From Candidatus Krumholzibacteriia bacterium (GTDB lineage: Bacteria > Krumholzibacteriota > Krumholzibacteriia > LZORAL124-64-63), in the NCBI GenBank assembly GCA_050174015.1, contig JBFXKG010000005.1, forward strand, positions 1 to 64,000: 64,000 bases of DNA, given 5' to 3'. Below are positions 48,322 through 59,315 of this stretch, in pieces (the stretch's first letter is position 1; each line of letters begins with the position of its first letter). The position numbers and the translations under genes are program-made. Under the pieces are notes generated by a model that saw nothing but the letters and a program-made list of their open reading frames with translations, was not told the DNA's origin and did no database searches.

Positions 48322-49536
48322 CTAGTCCGGGCGATAGACCACCACCTCCAGGATCTCAGCGTCCAGGTCCGCGCCGTCAAGCCGCTTTTCGCCTTCCTGG
48401 ATCTGGAGGTCGGCGCTCGAGGCGAGATGGGCGGACCGGAAGGCCTGGACCACCACTGCCCAGCCGTTGTCCAGGAAGATCAGCTTGTCGGTCTGGGGAT
48501 CGAAGGGGATCCTGAGCGACCGTTCCACCTGGAGACGACCCGCGGGATCGAAGACGTCGTACCGTGCGGCCACACCTTCGGGAAGATCGCGGCCCTGGTC
48601 CGGGCTCTGGATCCAGAGTTCCCCATTTCTGAACCCAAGGCTGGAGATGGCGGGATCGGTGTCCGCGATCCGGTAGCTGATGGGTGGAAGCTGTCCGTTG
48701 CTCGAGAAGGAATAGCCGTCCTTGACCTTCTCCTTTTCCTGGTCGGTGCGCAGGTGGGGCGCCCAGTCCCGGGTGATGAGGCGAAGCACGCCGCCCCAGG
48801 CGTCGCGGACCTCGACCAGCCACCGGTCCCGGTCGGGCGCCAGGTAGATCTCGCCGTCGCGTCCCACCGTCCAGACCTGGATGGGGGAATGGTCGCCGAT
48901 CTCGTCCACGGTGATGGGACGCGTGAAGTCGTATCCCCCGCGCTTGCTGCCATAGCAGTGCAGGACGTCACCCTCGGGGCCCAGCGAGGCGAGGTACTGT
49001 GTCTGATCCTGGACCTCGCCCATGGCGTGGCTGACCAGGCCGCTGCAGACCATCAGGCCGTCCCTGTTCTCGAATCGGGTCACGAACGAGAAGACCGATT
49101 CGGCCCAGAACCGGGGCGGTTCGGGATGGATGCCCGGCCGGGGGACGCCCGCGGTGTCCACGACGATGACCTCGGCGGGAAAGCTCTTCAGCATGGCGAT
49201 CCCGTCCCGGCCCAGCATGCCCAGCGAGTAGACGCGGTCGATCTCGCCGGGGCCCTCGCCCTTGCGGCTGACGATGCCCAGGTATTCCCCGCCCGATGTG
49301 AACTTGAAGACGCACTGCTGCTGGGCGTCCAGCAGGTAGATGTTGCCGGCGGGATCACAGACCGCATCGCCGATCACCCCGAACAGGAATTCCTCCCCCT
49401 CGTCCGTCCCGGCCCGCCAGACCTCGGTGAAGGTCACCTCGCGGCGGACGGGGGGATCGGCCGGATTCTCGATGATCGGGGCGGAGGCCGAGGCGCTTCC
49501 GGCCAGGCAGCAGCAGAGTATGAGATGACGGATCAC
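48322..49536 (-). CDS. Secreted 6-bladed beta-propeller-like protein
   Basis: Signal peptide; GNIYLLD...G.YLG.VSRKGEGPGE motif; GTG start. Confidence 0.7.
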   Translation of the reverse strand: MIRHLILCCCLAGSASASAPIIENPADPPVRREVTFTEVWRAGTDEGEEFLFGVIGDAVCDPAGNIYLLDAQQQCVFKFTSGGEYLGIVSRKGEGPGEIDRVYSLGMLGRDGIAMLKSFPAEVIVVDTAGVPRPGIHPEPPRFWAESVFSFVTRFENRDGLMVCSGLVSHAMGEVQDQTQYLASLGPEGDVLHCYGSKRGGYDFTRPITVDEIGDHSPIQVWTVGRDGEIYLAPDRDRWLVEVRDAWGGVLRLITRDWAPHLRTDQEKEKVKDGYSFSSNGQLPPISYRIADTDPAISSLGFRNGELWIQSPDQGRDLPEGVAARYDVFDPAGRLQVERSLRIPFDPQTDKLIFLDNGWAVVVQAFRSAHLASSADLQIQEGEKRLDGADLDAEILEVVVYRPD

Positions 49537-49614
49537 GAAAATGCCCCCCTGCGGTTCCGTGAATATTGAAACGATGAAATCGGATTCAACCAGGGACTTG
49601 CGGCGGGAACAAGC

Positions 49615-49650
49615 AAAAAGGAGCGCGACCTTGGGCCGCGCTCCCTTTTT
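49615..49650. terminator. Intrinsic terminator (bidirectional-looking)
   Basis: AAAAAGGAGCGCG-loop-CGCGCTCCCTTTTT. Confidence 0.8.
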
Positions 49651-49680
49651 CATGGTACCTGAGGACGGTCCTTCCGGACC

Positions 49681-50802
49681 TCAACACTTCGCCGCGATGG
49701 CCTCGGCCATGGCGGTGGTGGTGCTGGTTCCGCCCATGTCGTAGGTGCGGACCTTGCCCTCGGCGATGACCGCGGCGACGGCGCCCTCGAGCTTCTTCGC
49801 CATGTCGATCTCGCCCAGGTAGTCGAGCATCATCTTGGCCGACAGGATCATGGCGATGGGGTTGACCTTGTTCATGCCGACGTACTTGGGCGCGCTGCCG
49901 TGCGAGGGCTCGAACACTGCGACCTTGTCGCCGATGTTGCCGCTGCAGGCGAAGCCCAGGCCGCCCACCAGCTGGGCGCACAGGTCGCTGAGGATGTCGC
50001 CGAACATGTTGCTCGAGACCATGACCCCGTACTGCTCGGGGTTCTTGATCAGCCACATGCACATCGCGTCGATGTTGGTTTCCCACAGGTCGATGCCGGG
50101 GTAGTCCTTGGCGATCTTGCGGGCCTCGCGGACCATCAGGCCGCTGGTCTCGCGCACGACGTTGGGCTTCTCGACCACCGTGACGGTCTTGTAGCCGAAC
50201 TTCCTGGCGTATTCGAAGGAGTCGCGGACGATCTGCTGGCAGCCCTTGCGGGTGAAGATGCGCGTCGAGACGGCGATGTCCTCGTTTGCGGTCTCCTCGA
50301 GCACCCGCATCTGGGCCGGATGGGTCCGCTTCATCACGTCGCGGACTTCCTGCGGCAGCGGATGCCATTCGACGCCCATGTACAGGCCCTCGGTGTTCTG
50401 GCGGAAGACCACCATGTCGAGCCCGTCCTTGAAGTTCAGGGGGTTGCCGCTGTAGGCCTTGCAGGGGCGGAGGTTGGTGCGCAGGTTGAACTCCTGGCGC
50501 AGCCGCACGATGGGGCTGCGGTAGACCTTGCCGGTGCCGCGCAACTCGGGGACGAGGGCCGCCTCGGCCTCTTCCTTCGGCAGGCTGGTGATCGCCCCGA
50601 ACAGGGCGGCGTCGACGTTGTTGAGCATCTCGATGGTGCGGTCGGGCAGGGGATTGGCCTCGGTCTTCCAGAATTCCCAGCCGATGTCGCCGGGGACGTA
50701 TTCGGCGTCGAATCCCAGCTTGTCCAGCACGATCCTGGCGGCGTCCATGACGTCCACGCCCACCCCGTCGCCGGGCATCCAACCGATCTTGTACTTGGCC
50801 AT
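49681..50802 (-). CDS. Isocitrate/isopropylmalate (possibly homoisocitrate) dehydrogenase family
   Basis: PGDGVG, NLRP, RQNTEGLY, NMFGDILSD, FEPSHGSAPK, NP.A. Confidence 0.9.
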   Translation of the reverse strand: MAKYKIGWMPGDGVGVDVMDAARIVLDKLGFDAEYVPGDIGWEFWKTEANPLPDRTIEMLNNVDAALFGAITSLPKEEAEAALVPELRGTGKVYRSPIVRLRQEFNLRTNLRPCKAYSGNPLNFKDGLDMVVFRQNTEGLYMGVEWHPLPQEVRDVMKRTHPAQMRVLEETANEDIAVSTRIFTRKGCQQIVRDSFEYARKFGYKTVTVVEKPNVVRETSGLMVREARKIAKDYPGIDLWETNIDAMCMWLIKNPEQYGVMVSSNMFGDILSDLCAQLVGGLGFACSGNIGDKVAVFEPSHGSAPKYVGMNKVNPIAMILSAKMMLDYLGEIDMAKKLEGAVAAVIAEGKVRTYDMGGTSTTTAMAEAIAAKC

Positions 50803-50935
50803 ATCCGGACTCCTTGGTCAGGTCCTTGCGCGATGGGCGCCGGGTTTCCTGGGGCCGGCGCGCTCCGTTTGGGTCGCAAAAAGATATCTCCTGGGCAGGG
50901 GAAAACCAAGCTGAACCGGCGGCGGAGGGGGGGAT

Positions 50936-52186
50936 TCAGTCGCAGATCCGGCTGACGGTGGCCCGCAGCTCACGGGCCTCCTCCTGCTGGGCCTTGAGCT
51001 TGTTGCTGAGGTCGAGCTCGTAGGTCAGGCCCAGGGACATGGCCACGAAGGCCAGGGGGGCGAGGTAGGGCACGAAACGGGCCCGCTTGCGGGCCCGGAG
51101 CAGGGCGCTGGTGCCTTCGGCGCCGGCGGCCAGGATGATGCAGAAACCCAGGCTGGTCAGGTACAGGTGGCTGAGGTTGAGCCAGGTCCCGGTGACGGTC
51201 TGGCCCGTGAACGGCAGCAGGGAGATGTAGGTCCAGGCGATGAAGAACCGGATGGCCTTGCTGCCGAAGATGAAGCCGAAGAAGCTGTAGCTGATGATCG
51301 AGAGGGTCAGGAAGATGCGGATCAGGGTGCGGGCCTGATAGACGAGGATCATCCACCCGGGCGCCGTTTCCATGATGGGGCTGCGCTGCATGGGGAAGAA
51401 CATCAGGTTGAGGTAGCGGAAGATGTTCTTGATCGAGATCCAGGAAAAGATCGGGTTGGCCTCGGGGGCCCCGAAGACCGTGGGATGGGTGTATCCCCAG
51501 GTGTTCTGGGCGAGCTGGAACAGGACGCCCACCACGGCGATGGTGAGCAGGTCCCGGGAGAGCAGCACCCGCCCCCCCCGCCAGGGGTTGAAGAAGAGCT
51601 TGTACGCCAGCAGGCTGAGGATGAGACTGAAGGACGTGGCCTTGGTCAACCCGGACAGCAGGAACAGGAACAGGCCCAGGAGGAAGAATTTGGACAGAAG
51701 CCTCCCCTTGTGGCGGAAATCGTTCCGGATGAAGAAATAGAGGGTCAAAAGGTGCAGGAAGGACAGCAACAGCGATTCCAGCTGGTGGATGGCCATGAAG
51801 ATCTTGCCGTAGCTGCCCACCCCCAGGGCGAACAGGGTCGCCGCCAGGATGGCCATGCTCTTGCGCGGAAAGAGCATGTTGACCAGCATGTAGACGATGA
51901 AGGCGTTGAAGGCGTGGATGAAGAGGTTCACCCCGATGTAACCTGCGGTGTCCAGGCCGAACACCCGGTATTCGAGCAGGAAGGCGAGCTGCAGGAGCGG
52001 CTGGCTGAAATAGAATCCCAGGTGGCCGAGCATCTCCACCGGGTTCCGGCTCAGGATGTGGGCTTCACAGAGGATGTCCCCATCCATGCCGTGCCAGATG
52101 GGGGTGGTCATGATCCGGCCGAAGCAGACGAAGGTCAAGAGCTGCAGCCAGACGAGTATGGGGCCGTGGATCTGGATTTTTTTCAT
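50936..52186 (-). CDS. Polytopic membrane protein, GT-C-like
   Basis: D..IL, F.QPL...LEYRVFG...GYIGVNLFIHAFNA pattern; many TM helices. Confidence 0.6.
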   Translation of the reverse strand: MKKIQIHGPILVWLQLLTFVCFGRIMTTPIWHGMDGDILCEAHILSRNPVEMLGHLGFYFSQPLLQLAFLLEYRVFGLDTAGYIGVNLFIHAFNAFIVYMLVNMLFPRKSMAILAATLFALGVGSYGKIFMAIHQLESLLLSFLHLLTLYFFIRNDFRHKGRLLSKFFLLGLFLFLLSGLTKATSFSLILSLLAYKLFFNPWRGGRVLLSRDLLTIAVVGVLFQLAQNTWGYTHPTVFGAPEANPIFSWISIKNIFRYLNLMFFPMQRSPIMETAPGWMILVYQARTLIRIFLTLSIISYSFFGFIFGSKAIRFFIAWTYISLLPFTGQTVTGTWLNLSHLYLTSLGFCIILAAGAEGTSALLRARKRARFVPYLAPLAFVAMSLGLTYELDLSNKLKAQQEEARELRATVSRICD

Positions 52187-52298
52187 GGCGCCCGTCAAGA
52201 TAACCAGGTCCTTCCCGGCGGGGCAAACGCAATATCGTTTCGGTCCCCCGGCAGGAATCCGAAATCCAGGCCTGCCAAGGCATTCACAGGAGTATAAC

Positions 52299-53855
52299 AT
52301 GGTTTCCACCAGAAATCGGTCGCGTTTTCTTCAGATCCTCCTGGGAATCGGGATCGCCGTGTTCGCCTGCGGCCGGCCCGCCTGGGCGGATCCGGTCGCC
52401 CAGGCCCCCGGGCCCTTCGATCTGACCATCTTCCACACCAACGACGGGCACAGCCACTTCCTGCCCCGGCCGGCTCCCTGGCGGGACGACGGCAGGATGG
52501 TGGGCGGGGTGATTCCGCTGGCCTGGCACCTGGAGGACCAGCGCCGGACCGCCGCGGCGGACATCCTCGTGGACGCCGGAGACTTCATGACCGGCAATCC
52601 GGTCTGCAACCTCGAGGACGAGGGGGTGCCGGGGTATGCCGTCGCCGACATGATGACCCTGCTGGGCTATGACGCCGGAGTGGTCGGCAACCACGAATTC
52701 GACATCGGGGCCGACAAGCTCGGCGGGCTGCTGCCGAGGTTCGGGTACCCGGTGATGGCCCTGGACATCCTGGGACCCGAAGGCACTCCGCACTTCCCCT
52801 CCGAGCCGCTGATCATCGAGAGGGGCGGCCTGCGGATCGGCATCCTGGCGGTCTCCTGCGGGGGCATGGAGGAAGTCGTCACGGCCTCGCGGCTCGGCGG
52901 TCTGGTCATGGCCGACCAGGAGGAGATCGTCCGCCGGGAAGCGGCAGCGCTGGACCCGGTGACCGACCTGATCGTCCTGCTGAGCCACAACGGCGTGGAC
53001 GGGGACGAGGAACTGGCCGCGAGCCTGACCGGCGCCGGGGTCGACGTCATCGTCGGCGGTCACAGCCACACCCGCCTGAAGGAACCCCTGCTGGTGAACG
53101 GGATCATCATCGTCCAGGCCGGCTCCAAGCTGACGGACCTGGGTCGTCTGGACCTGCAGATCGAGGACGACGAGGTCAAGGCCTACCACGGGGAGCTGGT
53201 GACGACCTGGTCGGACGGCACCTTCGCCGGGCCCGAGCTGACGGCCCTGGTGACCGGGCTCGAGAACCGGGTCAAGGACGTGTACGGTCGCCGCATCGGC
53301 ACCCTGACCACCGATCTGACCAAGGGCGGCGGCGAGACCGTGCTTGGCAATTGGCTGGCCGACATCCTGAGGGAACGGGCGGAGGCGGACGTGGCCCTGA
53401 TCAACACCGGCGGCATCCGCAAGGAACTGCGGGCGGGGTCCTTGACCGCCCTGGACATCCACGAGATCCTGCCCTTCGCCAACGCCCTGGTCACCATGGA
53501 ACTCACCGGCCGCGAACTGGCGGCCGTGGTCCAGCGGAACGCCGACAGCGGGGTGGGGGGCGGCCACGGGATCCTCCAGGTGTCCGGCCTGAGGTACGCC
53601 TACCGGCCGGCCCCCGACGGCAAGACCGCCCAGGTGGAAGAAATCCTGGTGGGAGGGAAACCTCTGGACACCGGGGGCGTCTACACCGTGGCCCTGCCGG
53701 ACTACGTGGCGTCCATGGCGCACGTCTACCTGAATATCGAGGTGCCGGCCGTGTATGATTCCGGCGTCACCCTGACCCAGGTCGTCATCGAGGCCGTCGA
53801 GGCCGCGGGCGAGGTGGGGTCCGCCCTCGATGGGCGCATCACTGAACTGCAATGA
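52299..53855 (+). CDS. Bifunctional metallophosphatase / 5'-nucleotidase
   Basis: HTNDGH, DAGD, GNHEFD, LSH, GGHSH, NTGGIR, LPFAN, LQVSG. Confidence 0.92.
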   Translation: MVSTRNRSRFLQILLGIGIAVFACGRPAWADPVAQAPGPFDLTIFHTNDGHSHFLPRPAPWRDDGRMVGGVIPLAWHLEDQRRTAAADILVDAGDFMTGNPVCNLEDEGVPGYAVADMMTLLGYDAGVVGNHEFDIGADKLGGLLPRFGYPVMALDILGPEGTPHFPSEPLIIERGGLRIGILAVSCGGMEEVVTASRLGGLVMADQEEIVRREAAALDPVTDLIVLLSHNGVDGDEELAASLTGAGVDVIVGGHSHTRLKEPLLVNGIIIVQAGSKLTDLGRLDLQIEDDEVKAYHGELVTTWSDGTFAGPELTALVTGLENRVKDVYGRRIGTLTTDLTKGGGETVLGNWLADILRERAEADVALINTGGIRKELRAGSLTALDIHEILPFANALVTMELTGRELAAVVQRNADSGVGGGHGILQVSGLRYAYRPAPDGKTAQVEEILVGGKPLDTGGVYTVALPDYVASMAHVYLNIEVPAVYDSGVTLTQVVIEAVEAAGEVGSALDGRITELQ

Positions 53856-53869
53856 GGAGGGATCGGACG

Positions 53870-54634
53870 ATGGCTCACGACATCGAATATCAGATCGTCG
53901 GCGACGACATGCAGGCGGTCGTGGTGGAACTGGACCCGGGCGAGGCGGTGGTCGCCGAGGCCGGCGCCATGCTCTACATGGAGGACGGCATCCGGATGGA
54001 CACCGGCACCGGCGGCGGGGTGTTCCAGGGGCTCAAGCGGGTGCTGACCGGCGAGAGCTTCTTCATCACCAGCTTCGTCCACACCGGGTCGGGGAAGGGG
54101 CACGTGGCGTTCTCCGCGCCCTACCCGGGCAAGGTCGTGCCCCTGGACCTGGCGGCCCTCGGCGGGACGATGATGTGCCAGAAGGACGCCTTCCTGTGCG
54201 CGGCCAAGGGCACAGACATCTCCATCGCCTTCACCAAACGGCTCGGGGCGGGCCTGTTCGGCGGCGAGGGGTTCATCCTCCAGAAGCTCGTGGGGGACGG
54301 GCTGGCCTTCGCCCACGCCGGCGGTGCGGTGATGCCCATGGACCTGGCGCCGGCCCAGAGCCTGCGGGTGGACACCGGCTGCCTGGTGGCGTTCCAGGAG
54401 TCGGTGGACTACGACATCCAGTTCGTGGGCGGGTTCACGAACGCCCTGTTCGGCGGGGAAGGCCTGTTCCTGGCCACCTTGCGGGGGCCGGGACGGGTGT
54501 ACCTGCAGACGCTGCCCTTCAGCAGGCTGGCCGACCGGATCCGGGCCGCCGTGGGCCGCAACCGGGGCGAACACAAGGGTGCCGGCGGAATCGGCGGCGG
54601 ACTCCTCAAGAACATCATCAGCGGAGATCGTTGA
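53870..54634 (+). CDS. TIGR00266/AIM24 family protein
   Basis: [41 protein letters not shown]. Confidence 0.88.
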   Translation: MAHDIEYQIVGDDMQAVVVELDPGEAVVAEAGAMLYMEDGIRMDTGTGGGVFQGLKRVLTGESFFITSFVHTGSGKGHVAFSAPYPGKVVPLDLAALGGTMMCQKDAFLCAAKGTDISIAFTKRLGAGLFGGEGFILQKLVGDGLAFAHAGGAVMPMDLAPAQSLRVDTGCLVAFQESVDYDIQFVGGFTNALFGGEGLFLATLRGPGRVYLQTLPFSRLADRIRAAVGRNRGEHKGAGGIGGGLLKNIISGDR

Positions 54635-54947
54635 ACGCCTTGGTGATACGGCGGGGGGCCGCCCGGCCCCTCCGCCAATTCCCCGACAGGGACCCCTGAC
54701 GGCCCGTTTTTGTGCTATCATGGAGAGGTCCTGGTGAGGATCAGGGCAGCGAACATTTTCCCGGCGCTTGCGTAGAATGACGACCCCCGTCACGCACGCA
54801 TTCCGGCGGATCGTTGCTCAGGCGATCGAGACGGACATCCGGATGGAGGCAGGCCTCCCTGCCCCAGCGGTCGACAACTCCTTCGGTTGGGCCCGATCCC
54901 TGCCGGCGCCCGGCGCCTGGACCGGAACCGTCCCCACCGGTTCCGGG

Positions 54948-54963
54948 CGGCACGCGGCTTGCC
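54948..54963 (+). promoter_or_regulatory. Sigma54 (-24/-12) promoter
   Basis: CGGCACGCGGCTTGCC = GGCACG-N4-TTGC, just upstream of an AAGGAGG SD. Confidence 0.65.
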
Positions 54964-54983
54964 GTTTACGAAGGAGGCCCGTC

Positions 54984-55463
54984 ATGTCGGCCACGATCTA
55001 CTCCGCGGAATACTACTACACCACCGTCAAGGACGCCCCCGGACAGGGGTGCCGGTTCCTGGAAACCCTGGCCACCGAGGAAGTCAACCTGCTGGCGTTC
55101 AATGCATTCCCTGTCGGGAAGGACAGGACCCAGCTGGTCATCTACCCCCTGAACTCCACCTGGCTGGGTGAGCTTGCCCGGCATGAGGGCCTGAAGCTGG
55201 TGGGTCCCCACAACGCCTTCATCGTCCATGGCGACGACGAACTGGGCGCCCTGGTCGGCATCCACCAGAAGCTGTGCGATGCGGAGATCAACGTCTCGAG
55301 CTCGAGCGGGATCACGGACGGGCGGGGCGGTTTCCGGTACATCATGCACGTGCATCCGGAGGATTTCGAGCGGGCCCGGGTTGTCCTGGGCGTCGACCTG
55401 AACGTCAAATCCCTGGCCGACTACCACCTCGGGGTGTACCGGCGGTTTGCCGCGAAGAACTGA
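54984..55463 (+). CDS. Tandem ACT-like domain protein
   Basis: VKDAPGQG..FL..LA...VNL and GDDELGAL..I.QKL.DAEINV; SD AAGGAGG. Confidence 0.7.
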   Translation: MSATIYSAEYYYTTVKDAPGQGCRFLETLATEEVNLLAFNAFPVGKDRTQLVIYPLNSTWLGELARHEGLKLVGPHNAFIVHGDDELGALVGIHQKLCDAEINVSSSSGITDGRGGFRYIMHVHPEDFERARVVLGVDLNVKSLADYHLGVYRRFAAKN

Positions 55464-55500
55464 GGGGTCGGCGGCCCCCCGCAGGGGACCGCCCCGGCTT

Positions 55501-57498
55501 TCAGGCGATGCAGACCTTGTTCCGCCCCGCATTCTTGGCGGCGTAGAGCGCCTCGTCCGCTTCCTTGATCATGTCCTGGGGATTCGCGTGTTCGTCGCCG
55601 CGGACGGACACGCCGATGGAAATGGTCACGTTCCCCTCGAATTCCGGGGTGTTGATGTGGTTGTTCTCCACGGCCGCCCGGATCCGGTCCCCGAGGGCCA
55701 TCGCGATCTGGATGTCGGCGCCCGGACAGATCACCAGGAATTCCTCGCCCCCGAAGCGGCAGACCACGTCGTATTCGCGCAGGGTGGTGCGCATCACTCC
55801 GGCGGTCGAACGCAGCACCACGTCCCCCGCGTCGTGCCCGAAGGTGTCGTTGACCCTCTTGAACTTGTCGATGTCCATGACCATGACCAGCATGGGGTTG
55901 CGGGTGCGGCTGGCCTCGGCCCAGACCTGTTCGAGGCGGTCCAGCCCGGCCCGGCGGTTGGGCAGGCCGGTGAGCTGGTCCTCCATGGCCAGGCGTTCCA
56001 CCTGCTCGTACATCTTCTGGAGTTCCCGCTTCTGCAGGGCCATGGTCTTCAGGTGGCGCTGGATGGCCTTCCGGTCCCGGTCGCCGAGCACCTGCAGGTT
56101 GATGACCCGGGCCGCCGACCGGATCTTGGCCGCGAGGATCCGGTGGTTCAGGGGCTTGATCAGGTAGTCGTCGATGCCGGCCTCGAAACCTTCCTCGAGT
56201 TCCTGCTGGCTGCTGTTGGAGGTCATGATGAGGATGTGGCAGTTGCCCATCTGCTCGGACCGGCGCAGGGTGCGGCACAGCTCCAGGCCGTCCAACTCGG
56301 GCAGCATCCAGTCGGTGAGGATGAGCTGGGGGTTGGTCTGCAGGGCGAGCTGGAGAGCTTCCCGGCCGTCGGCGGCGGTGATGACCTTGTGCCCCGCGGC
56401 GCCGAGCTTCTTTTCGAGCAGCCGGCGGTCCACCAGGCTGTCGGTCACCAGCAGGATCTCCAGCCCGTTTTCCAGATCGGTCTCCCGGGCGGCGCTCCCG
56501 GCGGCATCCTCGTCGGGGCTTCCCTGAGGCCCGGTCCGGGGCTTGTCCTTCAGGGGTACGTCGTAGGCCCTGGCGCGCCGCACCAGGTTCTCCATGGCCG
56601 GCACGTTGCTGGTCAGGACGTCGAGGACGCGCCCCATCCGGGACCATTCGGCGAGGACCTCGTCGTACAGGGCGATCCACTGGTCCTCGGGAATCAGATG
56701 GGCCTCGCCGACGTGGACGAAATCCAGCACCAGCCGGTGCCGCTCCGGGCCGTCCTCGAGACAGATCTCGGCGGCGAGATCGGCGATGTTGAGCAGGTTG
56801 GCGAGCTTCTCGGAGCGCCCGCGCTCGGGGCCGTGGCCCGGTCCCCCGATCCAGGCGAGGTCGTCCTGGTTGAGGACGGCCTGCTGGTAATACTCGGGCA
56901 GACCCCAGTCCTTGAAGATCGCCGCGCTGACCTGATGATGGTCGATGGACAGGGTGTCCTGTTCGAGCTCCCTCAGTTCGGCGTTGGAACCGGCGTTCCA
57001 GGCGTCCAGGATGCGCGAATATTCGTCGGGGTACACGCTCGCCAGGGCCAGGCTGCCGATGTGTCCGAGCAGGCCGCAGGTGAAGCCCTCGTCCGGGCTG
57101 ACCGAGGAGATGCGGCGGCTGAGGACCTGGCAGCTGACGGCGGTGGCCAGGGACCGGGCCCAGTAGCGCTGGTAATCGAAGCGCGGGCAGGGGCCGCTGC
57201 GGGCGTTGGACAGGACCGAAAATCCCAGGCAGAGCTGGCGCACCATGCTCATGCCCAGCCGCACCAGGGCGTCGTTGAGCGAGGTGATCTCGGTGCGGGT
57301 GCCCATCTCTGCGGAGTTCGCGTACTTCAGGACCTGGCCGGCGAGGGAGGGGTCCCCCTTGAGGACCTCGACCAGGTCCTCAGTGCTGGTGTCGGGCTTG
57401 CGGGTGAGTTCGAGAATGGTCAGCGCCACCCCGGTGGGCGAGGGGAGGCGGCCCGAGGCCTTGAGCTCGGCGAGGAAGCTGGTGTCGACCTTGGTCAC
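55501..57498 (-). CDS. HDOD-REC-GGDEF diguanylate cyclase
   Basis: LPSP, DPSLAGQVLKYANS (HDOD); LTDWMLP (REC); DIDKFK, REYD I-site, GGEEF. Confidence 0.92.
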   Translation of the reverse strand: MTKVDTSFLAELKASGRLPSPTGVALTILELTRKPDTSTEDLVEVLKGDPSLAGQVLKYANSAEMGTRTEITSLNDALVRLGMSMVRQLCLGFSVLSNARSGPCPRFDYQRYWARSLATAVSCQVLSRRISSVSPDEGFTCGLLGHIGSLALASVYPDEYSRILDAWNAGSNAELRELEQDTLSIDHHQVSAAIFKDWGLPEYYQQAVLNQDDLAWIGGPGHGPERGRSEKLANLLNIADLAAEICLEDGPERHRLVLDFVHVGEAHLIPEDQWIALYDEVLAEWSRMGRVLDVLTSNVPAMENLVRRARAYDVPLKDKPRTGPQGSPDEDAAGSAARETDLENGLEILLVTDSLVDRRLLEKKLGAAGHKVITAADGREALQLALQTNPQLILTDWMLPELDGLELCRTLRRSEQMGNCHILIMTSNSSQQELEEGFEAGIDDYLIKPLNHRILAAKIRSAARVINLQVLGDRDRKAIQRHLKTMALQKRELQKMYEQVERLAMEDQLTGLPNRRAGLDRLEQVWAEASRTRNPMLVMVMDIDKFKRVNDTFGHDAGDVVLRSTAGVMRTTLREYDVVCRFGGEEFLVICPGADIQIAMALGDRIRAAVENNHINTPEFEGNVTISIGVSVRGDEHANPQDMIKEADEALYAAKNAGRNKVCIA

Positions 57499-57645
57499 GT
57501 GTTCTCTTTCCGGTTTGGCCGGCTGCGGCGCAGAATGTACTATCCAGGGGAAATGACCCCTTCCCCCGGAAACCTCTGGGTGGATGATCCGGATTTTGTA
57601 TCGCCGGTTTCAACGGCGGCTTGACCGAATTTCCCCGGAGCGTGC

Positions 57646-59181
57646 ATGGCCCGTAAACCGCAGCTTCTGATGGTCTTCGCGGTCGTGGGGCTCTTCGCCG
57701 CCGGCGCGGCGCTGCTCGCGGGAACCAGGCCGGTGGACGGGGACGAGGGCTACTACGCCGGCGCGGCCCGCCTGACGGCTTCGGGGCGGGTTCCCTACGG
57801 GGATTTCTTCTACCCCCAGACCCCCGTCCTGCCCTTCGTGTACGCCCCGTTCAGCGGTCCGGAAGGGGGATCCCTGGTGGGATTGCGGATGGTCTCGGTG
57901 GCGGCGGCGGCGCTGGGCCTGCTGCTCCTGGGATCCTTCCTGCGGCGGATGCACGGGCCGGGAAGCTGGCTGCCGGCGGCGGGGGTGCTGCTGGTGGCCC
58001 TGGATCCCCACTTCCTGTCCTGGAACGTGACGGTCAAGACCTACGCCCTGGCCAATCTCGGGGTGTTCGGCGTTCTCTGGGCCCTGGGCCGCGGCTGGGA
58101 GACCCGGTCGCCGCGGTGGTTCGCCGGAGCCGGCCTCATGGCCGGGCTGGTGATCGGGGTGCGCCTGCTGTACGCCGTCTGGGCCGGCGCCCTGGTCCTG
58201 GCGGTGGCCGTGACCTTCCTGGCCCGCGAACGGACCCGCCGTCCAGGGGCCTTTGTCGGACTGATCGGCGGGCTGGTCCTGGGGACGGCTCCGGTCTGGG
58301 GCTTCCTCCTGCGGGATCCCGACCGCTTCATGTTCAACAACCTGCGCTACCACCTCCTGCGCTACAGCCCTCACGATGCGCCGGGTGCGGGCCCGCTGGA
58401 TCAGGGGCTGGATGCCTTGGCCGTGTTCGCCGGGACCGTGGCCACCCATCCCTACCTGCTGGTCTGGCTCCTGTTGGCGGGATGGGGCTGGCGGGAAGTG
58501 CGGCGCGGGCGCGAAGGATCAGGACCGTACGCCTGGTGGGCCGCCGGATTCCTGGCCTACACCGGGACCTGCCTTTTGCCCGACCCGGTCTATCCCCAGT
58601 ACTTCACGGCGGCCTGGGGGCCGCTTCTGGCTCCTCTGGCGGTGCGGGGGCTGGCCGCTCTACCGGCGCCGACCCGGCGACCGCTTCGCCCGGGGCTCGT
58701 GGCCGGGGCCGTCGTGGTGGTCCTGGCCGGGATCTCGGGCATCGAACTCGGAGTGCGCAGGACGGGGATGGACACCGCCGAGGTCTGGTCCCTCGACCAC
58801 CAGGCCAGGGTGGCGGCCGCCATCGAGCGGCACACCCGACCGGGCGACGTGGTGCTGGCCTTCTGGTCGGGGTACCCCTTCCTCGCGCGGCGGGGTTACC
58901 TGGAAGGGATGGAGAACCACTTCGCCCTGGGCGTCAGCGAGCAGTTGACCCTGGAGCAGAAGATCCACTACCACGTCGTGGGCAAGGAACTGCTGCTGGA
59001 GGCCTTCACCCGGCAGGCTCCTGCCGCCGTGGTGCTGGGCGGCTGGATGCACGAGATCAACACCCGCCTGGACCAGGACCACATCCCCGTGCTGCTGGAG
59101 GAGCTCCAGCGGCGCTACGAGATCCGCGAGCTGCTGGGCGAGGTGAAGGTGATGACTCCCCGGAAGGAGCCGCGGCCGTAG
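57646..59181 (+). CDS. ArnT/GT39-like membrane glycosyltransferase
   Basis: DGDEGYY, PYGDFFYPQTP, multiple TM helices. Confidence 0.7.
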   Translation: MARKPQLLMVFAVVGLFAAGAALLAGTRPVDGDEGYYAGAARLTASGRVPYGDFFYPQTPVLPFVYAPFSGPEGGSLVGLRMVSVAAAALGLLLLGSFLRRMHGPGSWLPAAGVLLVALDPHFLSWNVTVKTYALANLGVFGVLWALGRGWETRSPRWFAGAGLMAGLVIGVRLLYAVWAGALVLAVAVTFLARERTRRPGAFVGLIGGLVLGTAPVWGFLLRDPDRFMFNNLRYHLLRYSPHDAPGAGPLDQGLDALAVFAGTVATHPYLLVWLLLAGWGWREVRRGREGSGPYAWWAAGFLAYTGTCLLPDPVYPQYFTAAWGPLLAPLAVRGLAALPAPTRRPLRPGLVAGAVVVVLAGISGIELGVRRTGMDTAEVWSLDHQARVAAAIERHTRPGDVVLAFWSGYPFLARRGYLEGMENHFALGVSEQLTLEQKIHYHVVGKELLLEAFTRQAPAAVVLGGWMHEINTRLDQDHIPVLLEELQRRYEIRELLGEVKVMTPRKEPRP

Positions 59182-59315
59182 ATCACGTCCGCCCGCGGCG
59201 CCGCGCGGGGGCCGGCGAGGCCGGCTGCCCGGGCCCGGACCGGCTTGCCCGAGGCCGGGGGTGCTGCTAGGTTGACCCGGAGAATCGCAATGGATGCCAC
59301 GTCCCAGGAGCCTGC

